Part shown: piece after piece, positions 1-10,556 of the stretch
Layout of the letters: every line of letters starts with the position of its first letter
How positions within the stretch are numbered: position 1 is the first letter of the stretch
Assembly: GCF_001194135.2 (NCBI RefSeq)
Contig: NC_068982.1
Location: 21,020,737-21,053,534 of the forward strand
From: Octopus bimaculoides
Lineage: Eukaryota
DNA: 32,798 nucleotides
Direction of reading: 5' to 3'
The notes under the pieces: model-generated
Told to the model about the DNA's origin: nothing
The model's database searches: none
Seen by the model: only the letters and a program-made list of their open reading frames with translations
Position numbers and translations under genes: made by a program

Positions 1-694
1 ATATATGCATACATATAGATGTACATACTTACCTACGTACATATATGTATATATGAATGTACAATATTTATATATGTATGTTACAAAAACGCTCTGTACA
101 TCTGTTTCTAAGACGTTCATTCACACGACAATTTGAGAACGGTGAGATTTTGTATCGGAAAATAACTTCATCCTAGAAACTATGATTATAAAAATATCAC
201 TAGCAAAATCATAAGCGAAATCTCCGGCAACGATGTTTTCTAGCTTAATTTCTCCAACTTTGTGATAGATATAGTTCTGGGTCCTCTGCTGTTAGACAGA
301 AACTAAGCATTTGCTGATGTGTGTTAACAATGGATAATCTACAATTGCAAACGAATTTGTACAAGAAGCGGCAATGCAAAACTAATGGTATGCAACTCTA
401 TTTATAACACGTCATTGCATACTATAAACTGAAAACTGCACGTTCGACTGTACAAGAACTCATAGAAATGTGCACATAATTATTTTCAGCTTCATTTCTA
501 AGAATACATTTACTGGAGTGTGTATATTATATATTTTTTATAAGAAAATACCGACGAAGTCAAAATTCTCTAAACTAGCAACACTGAGACTTTCATATAT
601 ATTTTTTATATATTCATATGTGGATTTGCAAGTTATTCATAAGAAATAAACAAAGGGGATCGAAGAACCCGATTTCTATTAAAATTTCAACACG

Positions 695-750
<56 letters not shown>
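695..750. repeat. (ACT)n trinucleotide microsatellite
   Basis: Uninterrupted actactact... run seen directly. Confidence 0.95.
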
Positions 751-1139
751 AACAATTGTTATTATCATGACTGCTGCTGCTGGTTATTCAACGGCTACAA
801 CCACTCCTAGAAGTATTGACCACTGTTTAATTTACAAAAAACAGATGGTAGTAACCTACTATCACAACGAGTTGGAATTACCATGCTTTCAGAACGGAAC
901 GAAAGGACCACATGCGCATGCAAGAAATAACAGTAAACTATGAATGTCATTCTTAATTTTAATTTCAATTTCATTTTATTAATATCACTCTTCTCTTATC
1001 ATATTTTTATACTCATTTTTGATAAGGTTTTTTCAAAAAAAATGGAACATTTAATGTAAATTAATTAAAACACCTAATTTTTTTTTTTTTTAAAGTGGCA
1101 TTTTCATTTATATTTATGTTTAATATATATATATAAATA

Positions 1140-1535
1140 TGGGTGGCTGTGTGGGAAGTNNNNNNNNNNNNNNNNNNNNNNNNNNNNNNNNNNNNNNNNN
1201 NNNNNNNNNNNNNNNNNNNNNNNNNNNNNNNNNNNNNNNNNNNNNNNNNNNNNNNNNNNNNNNNNNNNNNNNNNNNNNNNNNNNNNNNNNNNNNNNNNNN
1301 NNNNNNNNNNNNNNNNNNNNNNNNNNNNNNNNNNNNNNNNNNNNNNNNNNNNNNNNNNNNNNNNNNNNNNNNNNNNNNNNNNNNNNNNNNNNNNNNNNNN
1401 NNNNNNNNNNNNNNNNNNNNNNNNNNNNNNNNNNNNNNNNNNNNNNNNNNNNNNNNNNNNNNNNNNNNNNNNNNNNNNNNNNNNNNNNNNNNNNNNNNNN
1501 NNNNNNNNNNNNNNNNNNNNNNNNNNNNNNNNNNN

Positions 1536-1585
<50 letters not shown>

Positions 1586-1810
1586 ATATATGTATGCGTG
1601 TAAGTGTGTCTGTGTTTGTCGCCCCACCATCGCTTGACAAACGCTTCTGGCATGTTTACGTCCCCGTAACTTAGCAGTTCGGCTAAAATAGACCGATAGG
1701 ATAAGTACTAGGCTTACTAAGAATAAGTCCTGGGGTCGATTTGCCCGACTAAAGGCGGTGCTCCATCATGGCCGCAGTCAAATGACTGAAACAAGTAAAA
1801 GAGTAAAAGA
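1140..1810 (+). mobile_element. tRNA-derived SINE (Octopus-type), spanning an assembly gap and an internal microsatellite
   Basis: Just before the gap is GGGTGGCTGTGTGGGAAGT, an A-box-like SINE head. After the gap and (AT)n/(AG)n tract comes the body TGTTTGTCGCCCCACCATCGCTTGACAA...GTCCCCGTAACTTAGCAGTTCGGC...AAGTACTAGGCTTAC...CTGGGGTCGATTTGCCCGACTAAAGGCGGTGCTCCATCATGGCCGCAGTCAAATGACTGAAAC, ending in the tandem tail AGTAAAAGAGTAAAAGAG. Family recognised from memory. That head and body are one element across the gap is inferred. Confidence 0.8.
1160..1535. other. Assembly gap (N run)
   Basis: Run of N; end coordinate approximate to 1-2 nt. Confidence 0.98.
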
Positions 1811-2344
1811 GTATATATATATATATATATATATAATTCATAAAGAATCTAGACATATGAACTTGCAGTATGCCGGTAAATGTTTGGACAGAATTACGCT
1901 GGACAGATATTAAAATAATCCACTACCAGTTTATAGGGCCTTGATGTTATCCTCTCGTTCGCAATTCCCTCTTTTATCGGGAATTCGAATAAGAGTGGAA
2001 AGCGTGATGTGGCGTGAAGCAATAACACTAGGAAATGTGTTGCCTCATAGATTGCATAATAGAAAAGTTGCAAAACTCATTAGTATGAAACTTTAAACAT
2101 TTCGCAAAAACATTACGACTACATTCAAGTCAATAAAAATTACGATAGAACCAATGCTAATTAATCTAGCTATAAAGAAGTAAATTTCATCCTTAAGATT
2201 CATATACGTATGAAACCTTGTGGTGTGAACTATCATCGATAATCACTTAACTTACTGCAGGGGGAACTTGATTGTTAATATAAACACACTTGTGATTTGG
2301 TTAGGGATTAACCGATGTCTCGCACACAGCTTCAATTAAAATAC

Positions 2345-2388
2345 CTATACATACATACATACATACATACATACATACAAACATACAT
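2345..2388. repeat. (TACA)n microsatellite
   Basis: tacatacatac... run seen directly. Confidence 0.9.
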
Positions 2389-3232
2389 AAATGCGAGCGT
2401 TTGTTTCTCTACGCATATATGTATGTACATGATTTTTGACAATACCAAATATAATGATTGACAATATTGTATATGCTCCATGAAGATAAAAAGAGAATAA
2501 CAAAGAGTTGCGCATTTTCATCAGAAAACTTCGTTTTATATCTTTCATGGAACATGCGAGTGAGTTCAATGCTCCAACGTCATCGGAGGATGAGATTTAT
2601 GAGTAAAAGAGAATAATCGATTAATTTATATTTATTTTTAGAAATCTGGGAAGAAAAAGGAAGTTGATTACATTTTGTTTTTAGTATTATGCATACTGTT
2701 ATTTTAAGATTGGATATTGAATAATGATTCTTTAATATATATTGTCTTTTTTAAGTGAGGTGGAGTGGCGGAGAATATCAAGATTATACGGATGCTTTGG
2801 TAATGTCAACATAACCAGAATTTTATCTGAGGAATTATCATTGTACGAACACTGGAAAAAATGTTTCTGCAAAATAAAAAAAATTAAAAAAATGTACAGA
2901 AAAATAAAAAGACACAGCCGTAAGATGTTGCCTAGGATGATGAAGCGCAAAGAATAGGATAATACGATATATAGTAAATAAAGTTTGAGTGTGTTTATTA
3001 CCTGGCATCTGTAAAAATGCCTTCTATTCTAATTTAGAATACTGAGACGGTAAAACAGGTATTCCAATAATAAATAACAGGAGGGAGTTCTTTCTTACTC
3101 TTCTATTATAAAAGCTACCCATTTTCATTACATTAATTAAGAAATAAGGAATTTCAAAAGCATGCCTACAGGATATCTAAATAATTTTCTGGATCTTTTA
3201 TTACACCGTGTGCTTTTATGTTGCACCGGAAA

Positions 3233-3263
<31 letters not shown>

Positions 3264-3514
3264 GCTTATATGTATATATGTATATACGAATGTAAACATC
3301 TATATGTGTGTGTATCGGTTTGCGCACGCGTTTGCAATTGCTTGTATGTTCATGTATTTATATAAAGCATAATCTCAGGGACTATGAGAGGTGAGTATAG
3401 AATATTTTTAACTACTTGGCTTCTATAGGATTACTGCTGTTTCACAATATTCTTCATGTAATATTAATTTCAGTATGGAAGGAATTATGCGTATGTCATT
3501 TTTTAAAAAAAAAG

Positions 3515-3610
3515 CAGCATATTCGGAAATTAATAGAAATAAAGAAGGCTAACCCCTCCGATCACCAGAACATCATGGCTACTGCAACAGTTCACCTATA
3601 AAAATACACA
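3515..3610 (+). mobile_element. Possible very decayed 3' end of an R4/Dong-like non-LTR retrotransposon
   Basis: Translates as QHIRKLIEIKKANPSDHQNIMATATVHL, loosely like the R4-clade C-terminus (..IPGNPS..EIQKI.L.GTAHIL..). Weak similarity judged by eye. Confidence 0.25.
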
Positions 3611-3749
3611 CACAATTCATGATTAACTATCTATATTTAGAATGCATGGAATGCCAGTAAGGGTCATTGTGTGTTCTGCGTGTGTGCGTGTGTGTGTGTG
3701 CTTGTGCGCGCATGTATATGTATATATGTATGTATCTATGTATTTTCGT

Positions 3750-4466
3750 ATGGGGAGAATGCAAGAATGTTCTGCACTTACAACAAAGCTTTATGCAGAT
3801 TGACAGAACGGCTTTCAACGCACGCATGCTATAAAATGGTACTCTTATGGTTACTTAACCGAAGTTCGACCTTGATCGTTCCAGATTTTATTCCTGCGTT
3901 ACAGGGTAACCCTGACCCTTCAGCTGCTAGATGCACTAAGGAAGACATAGATCAGTAATCCGATTTCTGTGGTCAGAATGTTTGTGAGGGGTGACATTCT
4001 TTGCAGGCTTCCTGTAAAATACGATGATAGAGCTTTGCTGCGTAGAATTTTGCATGAATGAACCAAGAAGTTAAAAACTAGCCGGAGAAATGCGAATCAC
4101 GAAGAGGAAACAAGACGTCCATTAATCTCCACCACTGACGCGAAGATTAAGTGTGCTCGGGATGGCTCTGGGGAAGTGGCGAGTGACCATGAATAAGGAG
4201 GCTTGTTCTCTGCAAATAAACATTGGTACTGCATAATTATCACTGCCAAGCTTCAATTCCGTAAAGTTTGTGCGAGGTTGGTGTCAAAAGTATAAGCACA
4301 ATCGTAGATTATCTGTCAACGCTTCCTCGAAGGCTACGACGATGAAGCCAAAGCTTTTCTGGAAAGTGTTGTCATGCAATATTAGACCTGGGTCTATCAC
4401 ATTGACCCACATCCCTAAAGTCAAACAGAAACGGTAGGGCGTATAATCTTTGAACGTGTATGTATG
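3750..4466 (+). mobile_element. Decayed mariner (Tc1/mariner) transposon; N-terminal half of the transposase
   Basis: Manual translation of 3917-4440 with frameshifts and stops gives RCTKED/RSVIRFLWSE/GDILCRL..KYDDRALLRRILHE*TKKLKTSRR...EETRRPLIST...FRKVCARLVSK...IICQRFLEGYDDEAKAFLESVV..*TWVYHIDP. This matches mariner motifs by eye: N-terminal HTH (RSVIRFL, RSGRP), the KVCARWVP linker and the (DE)TWVYHYDP start of the catalytic domain. Outer boundaries are approximate. Confidence 0.85.
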
Positions 4467-7084
4467 CATGCATGTATATATATATTTGTATATACATATT
4501 TATGTATATTTACTTTGCTTGGGGTTAGTTTATAGGAGTGCAAGGAGCATTCCATAATATCTGGTATTCTTTAGAAATAATCGTTATATAAATATTGAGT
4601 TAATTCTTATACGGCTGCATTGATTCTTTCATCGTGCATCTGTCTCATTCGCATTTCTATAATATACATACATATACATTAACATACTAAAATTTAAGGA
4701 ATTTTATATTGTCTCTTTTGAATATAATTGAAATTTTAAAACATGCAAACTTAAACATTCTTTTCATGAATATCAGGAATGTAAATTAAATTACCAAGAT
4801 AACTTTGAGAGTTTGTGTTGTATTTTATATCGTAGTATTTATTAGACATTCCTCCCCAATTGTAAATTTGACATTGCTTTTTTATATCACTTATTGATGG
4901 AAGAGACTTTAACCCAATCTTGAGCTCTTTCAAGAATACCTACATTATACTGTTGAAACGTAGGATTTATGCAAATCAAAAGTTTCGTTCTGCTGAAATC
5001 AAAGAACATTTAGTTGAACTATAGAATATTTTGCCCTCTATGTCTTGTTCTAGGCAAAGCAAACGAACTTTTTTTTTTTGAGTGTCACTATTATCTTTAA
5101 GTATTACTTATGACCCTTTCCAAATGCTGTTAACTTACAATCAGATGGTGAGGACATAATATATAGTATTATATTTTCTATCACAATATTCCATCGCATA
5201 ATTTAAATGAAAACATGCTCATGCTGTATTTGTCGTCTAATTGATAGACTACTGTCATAATTATCATCGTACTCTCTTTTCAACACATATTATCCTAAAA
5301 GCTACGTAGATCTCTTAGAGTTTTTACTCAACATGGCAATTGTTCAGTGATTGATATTTCATTACGATACAAAATATTTTCACATATTTTGTTTCATATT
5401 ATACATTTATTACAGAGTATTGTCTAGTGCTTCCACCCTTGCATTATTTTGCAGTATGCAACGCTTAGCGTGACTTTTTAATGAAATTCTATTTGTCCAT
5501 TCTAAGTTTTCGCTCTGATTTCGATTTCTATCTACAATCTGACGTTAAACAAAACGAAAAACAAATGCATTACAATAGATATTTCATTCAGCTACAACGC
5601 TGGCTTATTTACATTGATCATGTCATATTTATAATAGTAAGCCTTTCATACACGTTTGCCAATAGTCTGTGAAATATATCTTAAATCGCAGATTATTTCA
5701 GTAAATGTTCAGACAGCGAATATGATCAACGGTTTTAAGCAATAATGCTTGAAGTCTTAAAATTATTCGACCTAGATTTTCAGAATTATCGGTAATCCTC
5801 TGAATAATGAATTGGCACAAAGTAAGTTACTGCTATTATCAAAGACAGGTCATGTTTTTCATCCTTACTTCTTTATCTATTGATCTCAAAATAGGTTTAA
5901 AAACTTCATGTTATATTCGATTATTGACAAACGTGATCGTTACATTTTCTACTGTCTTAACGCAAACATTGATTTTTTACTCTCATTGAATTAATCTTGT
6001 GAATAAGCAAATCTAAAACCACAACATTGTCCGAATTAAACGTTGAAAATATACTTCTCTTGCGCACAAGTATTTATTTCATATACTATTATTTTATGAA
6101 TACTTTATGGACTCTAATCATATTTGAACTATATTTATATTTCATTGGTAAACTCCACATATTTCGAAATACTGAGGTTGAAAATGTCTATCATTCCTAT
6201 TCGAACCCTATAGGGGCGTGCAAGAAACAAACACGTTATTTTTTGCTGTATAACACATGTGGAATGCTGCTGGTGGAACATCAAGTACAAATGAACACCT
6301 GTAGACAATGATTTATTTTGTAAATTAACTCATATAAAATATGTCCCAGAAAGTGTTTATAGCAGAACCCGTTGTGTATGTGTCAATTCTGGCCACGAAG
6401 TGAATTTTCTCGTCAACCAAGAGTAACTAATATAAATTAGATGTATGTCTGAGTGACTATTATTTACCAATGCATAAATTTCAAACGGGAATGCGAAGGA
6501 TATAGTAAAACAGAAATATAATATAATACATGAATTAACAGTTAAGGCTTTGAAAGAGGAAGTCTCTTATGACATATTAGAGTAAAGACTTTAAAAAAGA
6601 AAGACCCGTGATTAAATAATATTTCCTCATAAATCAGTATATAAATGTGACTTGCGATTTTGATATGAGTATAAAGTGTGACAGCAACACACAATCTTTG
6701 TTCAATTTACAATACAAAAATGAACGAAAGAAGAGGCAGAAAAGAAAAATATCCACCTCGAGATTCTTATATATTTTACGAACACTTCGCTCCAAGGTAT
6801 ACCCATATATGACATATACATGTGTGAGTATGGATCATTTATGAAGTAATTTATTTTGGATTGATTACTTCTGCTGCTTTTATTAAGTTGTAGCTTTCCA
6901 AAAGAGTATATCGACACATCAGTTATATCTAGATCCTAATCGAATGACATATGATATGTTGAAGATAAAGATAGTAATGTCTGAATTGTTTTATACTAAA
7001 GCATATTTTAAACATACAGACCAGGCCCACGCACATTGTTACCCGTATGAGGGTAAATAAATTTATGGTATGGAGAGAGGAAGA

Positions 7085-7106
7085 GAAAGTGAAAGAAAAG
7101 AGAGTA

Positions 7107-7147
<41 letters not shown>

Positions 7148-7211
7148 GAGAGAGAGACAGAGAGAGAGAGACAGAGAGAGAGAGAGAGTTTGTGTGTGTG
7201 TGTGTGTGTGT
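7085..7211. repeat. Compound (GA)n/(GACA)n/(GT)n microsatellite
   Basis: Seen directly. Confidence 0.95.
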
Positions 7212-7724
7212 TGATACTAAAAAAAGAGAGGGAGAAGGAGAGGAGGAGTTCGCTTTCACCATGAAACATGAGAAAGAGATCGGCAGGTCACTGAAATTAT
7301 CTACTTTGCTATGAAATTTCATGTCACTCAACCAAATTCACGGACAGAGTCGATGATTTAGTTGACCAGTTGATACTTTATAGTCATCTGTCTCAGTTCA
7401 GTTCAGAAAAGGGCTGGAGAAATTAAAACACTTGTTCAAACTTTGCGTGTGTTATCTAGCACTTGAACAAAGGAATGTCGTTTCTCTGATTCACACAATC
7501 CAAAATTTCCTTTCTTCCTTGAACTTTAGTTGATATGTATTCGAGACTATTACAAATCGTGCATTTCCAACATCCATCTGTGACTCACAAATGGCAGGTA
7601 TAGAAAATGTATCTCAACAGATAAGCATTCACACTCATTGCTCGCTTTGCATTTAACTGTGCATTAATGCATACACTAAGTAAATCTCAAATCATATCTG
7701 ATTCTCTCAACCACAATATACATA

Positions 7725-7845
7725 CTCACACATGCACACACACACACACACACACGCACACACACACACACACACACATTCACGCTCACACTAGCACACA
7801 CTCACTCACTCACGCACACGCGTATACATACACACACACACACAT
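7725..7845. repeat. (CA)n-rich microsatellite
   Basis: Seen directly. Confidence 0.95.
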
Positions 7846-7954
7846 CCGTTCAGTTCGCTTTTGAGTGGGCATATAGAAGCTCCTATTTTACTATGTCCGC
7901 TACGGCCTAGTGAATCCAACTTGCGACAACATTTTAATGGGAACGTACCGTATG

Positions 7955-8052
7955 TGCCGATACATATATACATCCATGCATCCATACATCCATACATCCA
8001 TGCATACATCCATACAGATATGCATACATACATATATACATACATGCATACA

Positions 8053-8086
<34 letters not shown>

Positions 8087-8087
8087 C
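7955..8087. repeat. (CATC)n/(CATA)n compound microsatellite
   Basis: Seen directly. Confidence 0.9.
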
Positions 8088-8512
8088 AAAGATGTCCTTA
8101 GGAAGGAATGCCCTGACGTATACAGCAAAGCATGCCATAACTAGCAGGTATTCACTCATTCGAAAATAAGAAATACTGGTTGAGCAATCTAATAATAATA
8201 TCACAGACAAACATAAAAACCTGATATTTTTTTTTTTTGGTCAAGAAAGTCATACATTTTTGTAGAAGTCAGCTGCCCAGGGGATGTGAATGTAAAATCA
8301 AAAGTCCAGGAAAAATAGAAGATGTATGGCAAACATTCAATGTTGAATTTACAGGACTTGTATCCTGTCTATGAATTCTCATTAGGTTATATACCAATAA
8401 ATTTGCATAAATCATGGAAACAGAGCAAAAGAAACGTAGATAAATTCTTCATGTTCAGTCTATTATTGGCACGGTGAAGTTTTGTAAGACATTCCAAAAA
8501 TTCTCCATCTAA
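8088..8512 (+). mobile_element. Decayed C-terminal restriction-like endonuclease region of an R2-superfamily (R4/Dong-like) non-LTR retrotransposon
   Basis: Manual translation across frameshifts gives KDVLRKECPD..IHSFENKKYWL..(K)PDIFFFW..RKSYIFVEVSCPGDVNVKSKVQEK*KMYG...NLQDLYPVYEF.LGYIP.....LHVQSIIGTVKFCKTFQKFSI*, with the stop at 8510-8512. It contains the PD..(E)VSCP.D.N...K..EK...Y pattern of RLE domains. Recognised by eye, not by HMM. Confidence 0.75.
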
Positions 8513-9049
8513 TATTCCTATGTCGAAAAGATACATACACTTGGATGTGTGCATCGACAGTTCAACCAACACACCAACTCCATCACGTGTTTACAAACAC
8601 CGGAAATTCTCATGTCATTTTGTTGGCAAGCGGCTCGAACTTACTCAAGTACAACTTAAATTAAACTCAAACAAAAACCATGCATATTCAGTAGTTGAGG
8701 AAACATCTATTGTTCAAAAGGAAGCTGACACTGACCATCGAATTGATCCGTTCCTAATAAAAACTACGGCACGCCTTCAGTTTTAGGAATAGAATTTTGT
8801 CTTTGGAAACAAGCTATAAAGTTTACCGTTCTAAAGAGGTCGACCTCACCGTTCCCCTCGCACTTCTCTTCCTAGTATGCATGCCAACATCACAGCAAAA
8901 CCTTTCGCGAAAAAATAATTACTATGAGCAAGCGATACAAACATTTTTGGTAAAAATGCCTTCTTTATGCTTACCAGGGCAAAATTTCTAGATTCAAATG
9001 TGTGCAAGATATGCTTTTCTTGAACTAGGCTTTACTAAATCAAGATTTA

Positions 9050-9088
<39 letters not shown>

Positions 9089-9138
9089 CAAAATAAGCAA
9101 CACGGATTTCAAAGATGATTGCAGTACGCACGTTTCAT

Positions 9139-9629
9139 GCTACTCCATTTATTTAAGTAATGCGAGCATTACATTAAATGCAATATGTAGAGCAGTCTTC
9201 AGCTGCAGGAAAATGCAGAAAATTACAGTAGAATAGACATACTATAATTGTGGCAACATTTCAAATCCAAGTGGGAGGAAGAATACATAGAATCCTTTAT
9301 AACCATATCCTTTATAGCCTTGTCCATGCATAATGCTTACACCTTCCCTTTCCTTAGAAGTGATTGTCCCCCATACTATTACTACTAGATAAGAGACAAT
9401 AAAATCAGAGACAGTTTAGAATTTTTGCCTAGAACCAATTACTAGCCTGATAGACTTGGCTATGTCAAGATGGATTTTTATGTATTCTTCCTCCCACTTG
9501 GATTTGAAATGTTGCCACAATTATAATATGTCTATTCTACTGTAATTTTCTGCATTTTCCTGCAGCTGAAGATTGCTCTACATATTGCATTTAATGTAAT
9601 GCTCGCATTACTTAAATAAATGGAGTAGC
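9139..9629. repeat. Long inverted repeat: arms 9139-9295 and 9472-9629 with a ~176-bp spacer
   Basis: The reverse complement of 9472-9629 matches 9139-9295 with only about 3 small differences (AGCAGTC/AGCAATC, CATACTATA/CATATTATA, CATAGAATCC/CATAAAAATCC). The right arm is cut by the gap. Confidence 0.95.
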
Positions 9630-9779
9630 NNNNNNNNNNNNNNNNNNNNNNNNNNNNNNNNNNNNNNNNNNNNNNNNNNNNNNNNNNNNNNNNNNNNNNN
9701 NNNNNNNNNNNNNNNNNNNNNNNNNNNNNNNNNNNNNNNNNNNNNNNNNNNNNNNNNNNNNNNNNNNNNNNNNNNNNNN
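9630..9779. other. Assembly gap (150 N)
   Basis: Run of N. Confidence 0.98.
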
Positions 9780-10055
9780 GAGGAATATATTATTTTATTA
9801 AAAGAGTTCCAACTCTGTCTGTTTTTATGTTCTATTTATATTTTTGTAAAATTAATGTGGGATATAGAATATGGAATATATAACATATAATATAAAAATG
9901 GATGGTACAATGAAATGAAGTATCGAATGTCTTATTGAATATATGGAATATGTCTTATTGAATATAAGAAATACTGAGTGTTCAATATAAAGGATTAAAT
10001 ATATAAAGGCGAATACGTATTTTCAATACCTTTTTGGTATTTCATCATGGTCGGA

Positions 10056-10058
<3 letters not shown>

Positions 10059-10090
<32 letters not shown>

Positions 10091-10515
10091 NNNNNNNNNN
10101 NNNNNNNNNNNNNNNNNNNNNNNNNNNNNNNNNNNNNNNNNNNNNNNNNNNNNNNNNNNNNNNNNNNNNNNNNNNNNNNNNNNNNNNNNNNNNNNNNNNN
10201 NNNNNNNNNNNNNNNNNNNNNNNNNNNNNNNNNNNNNNNNNNNNNNNNNNNNNNNNNNNNNNNNNNNNNNNNNNNNNNNNNNNNNNNNNNNNNNNNNNNN
10301 NNNNNNNNNNNNNNNNNNNNNNNNNNNNNNNNNNNNNNNNNNNNNNNNNNNNNNNNNNNNNNNNNNNNNNNNNNNNNNNNNNNNNNNNNNNNNNNNNNNN
10401 NNNNNNNNNNNNNNNNNNNNNNNNNNNNNNNNNNNNNNNNNNNNNNNNNNNNNNNNNNNNNNNNNNNNNNNNNNNNNNNNNNNNNNNNNNNNNNNNNNNN
10501 NNNNNNNNNNNNNNN

Positions 10516-10554
<39 letters not shown>
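10059..10554. repeat. (GA)n microsatellite flanking both sides of an assembly gap (10091-10515)
   Basis: GA repeats on both sides of the N run. Confidence 0.9.

Positions 10555-10556
<2 letters not shown>

Noticed and set aside
1061-1653. Long ORFs spanning N runs (also 9995-10667, 20132-20832, 30373-30899, 31667-32439)
   Set aside because: They are open only because N codons translate as X; their flanks are microsatellite translations.
8744-8790. Short inverted repeat TTCCTAATAAAAACT ... AGTTTTAGGAA resembling a terminator
   Set aside because: AT-rich, imperfect and in a eukaryotic context; likely chance.
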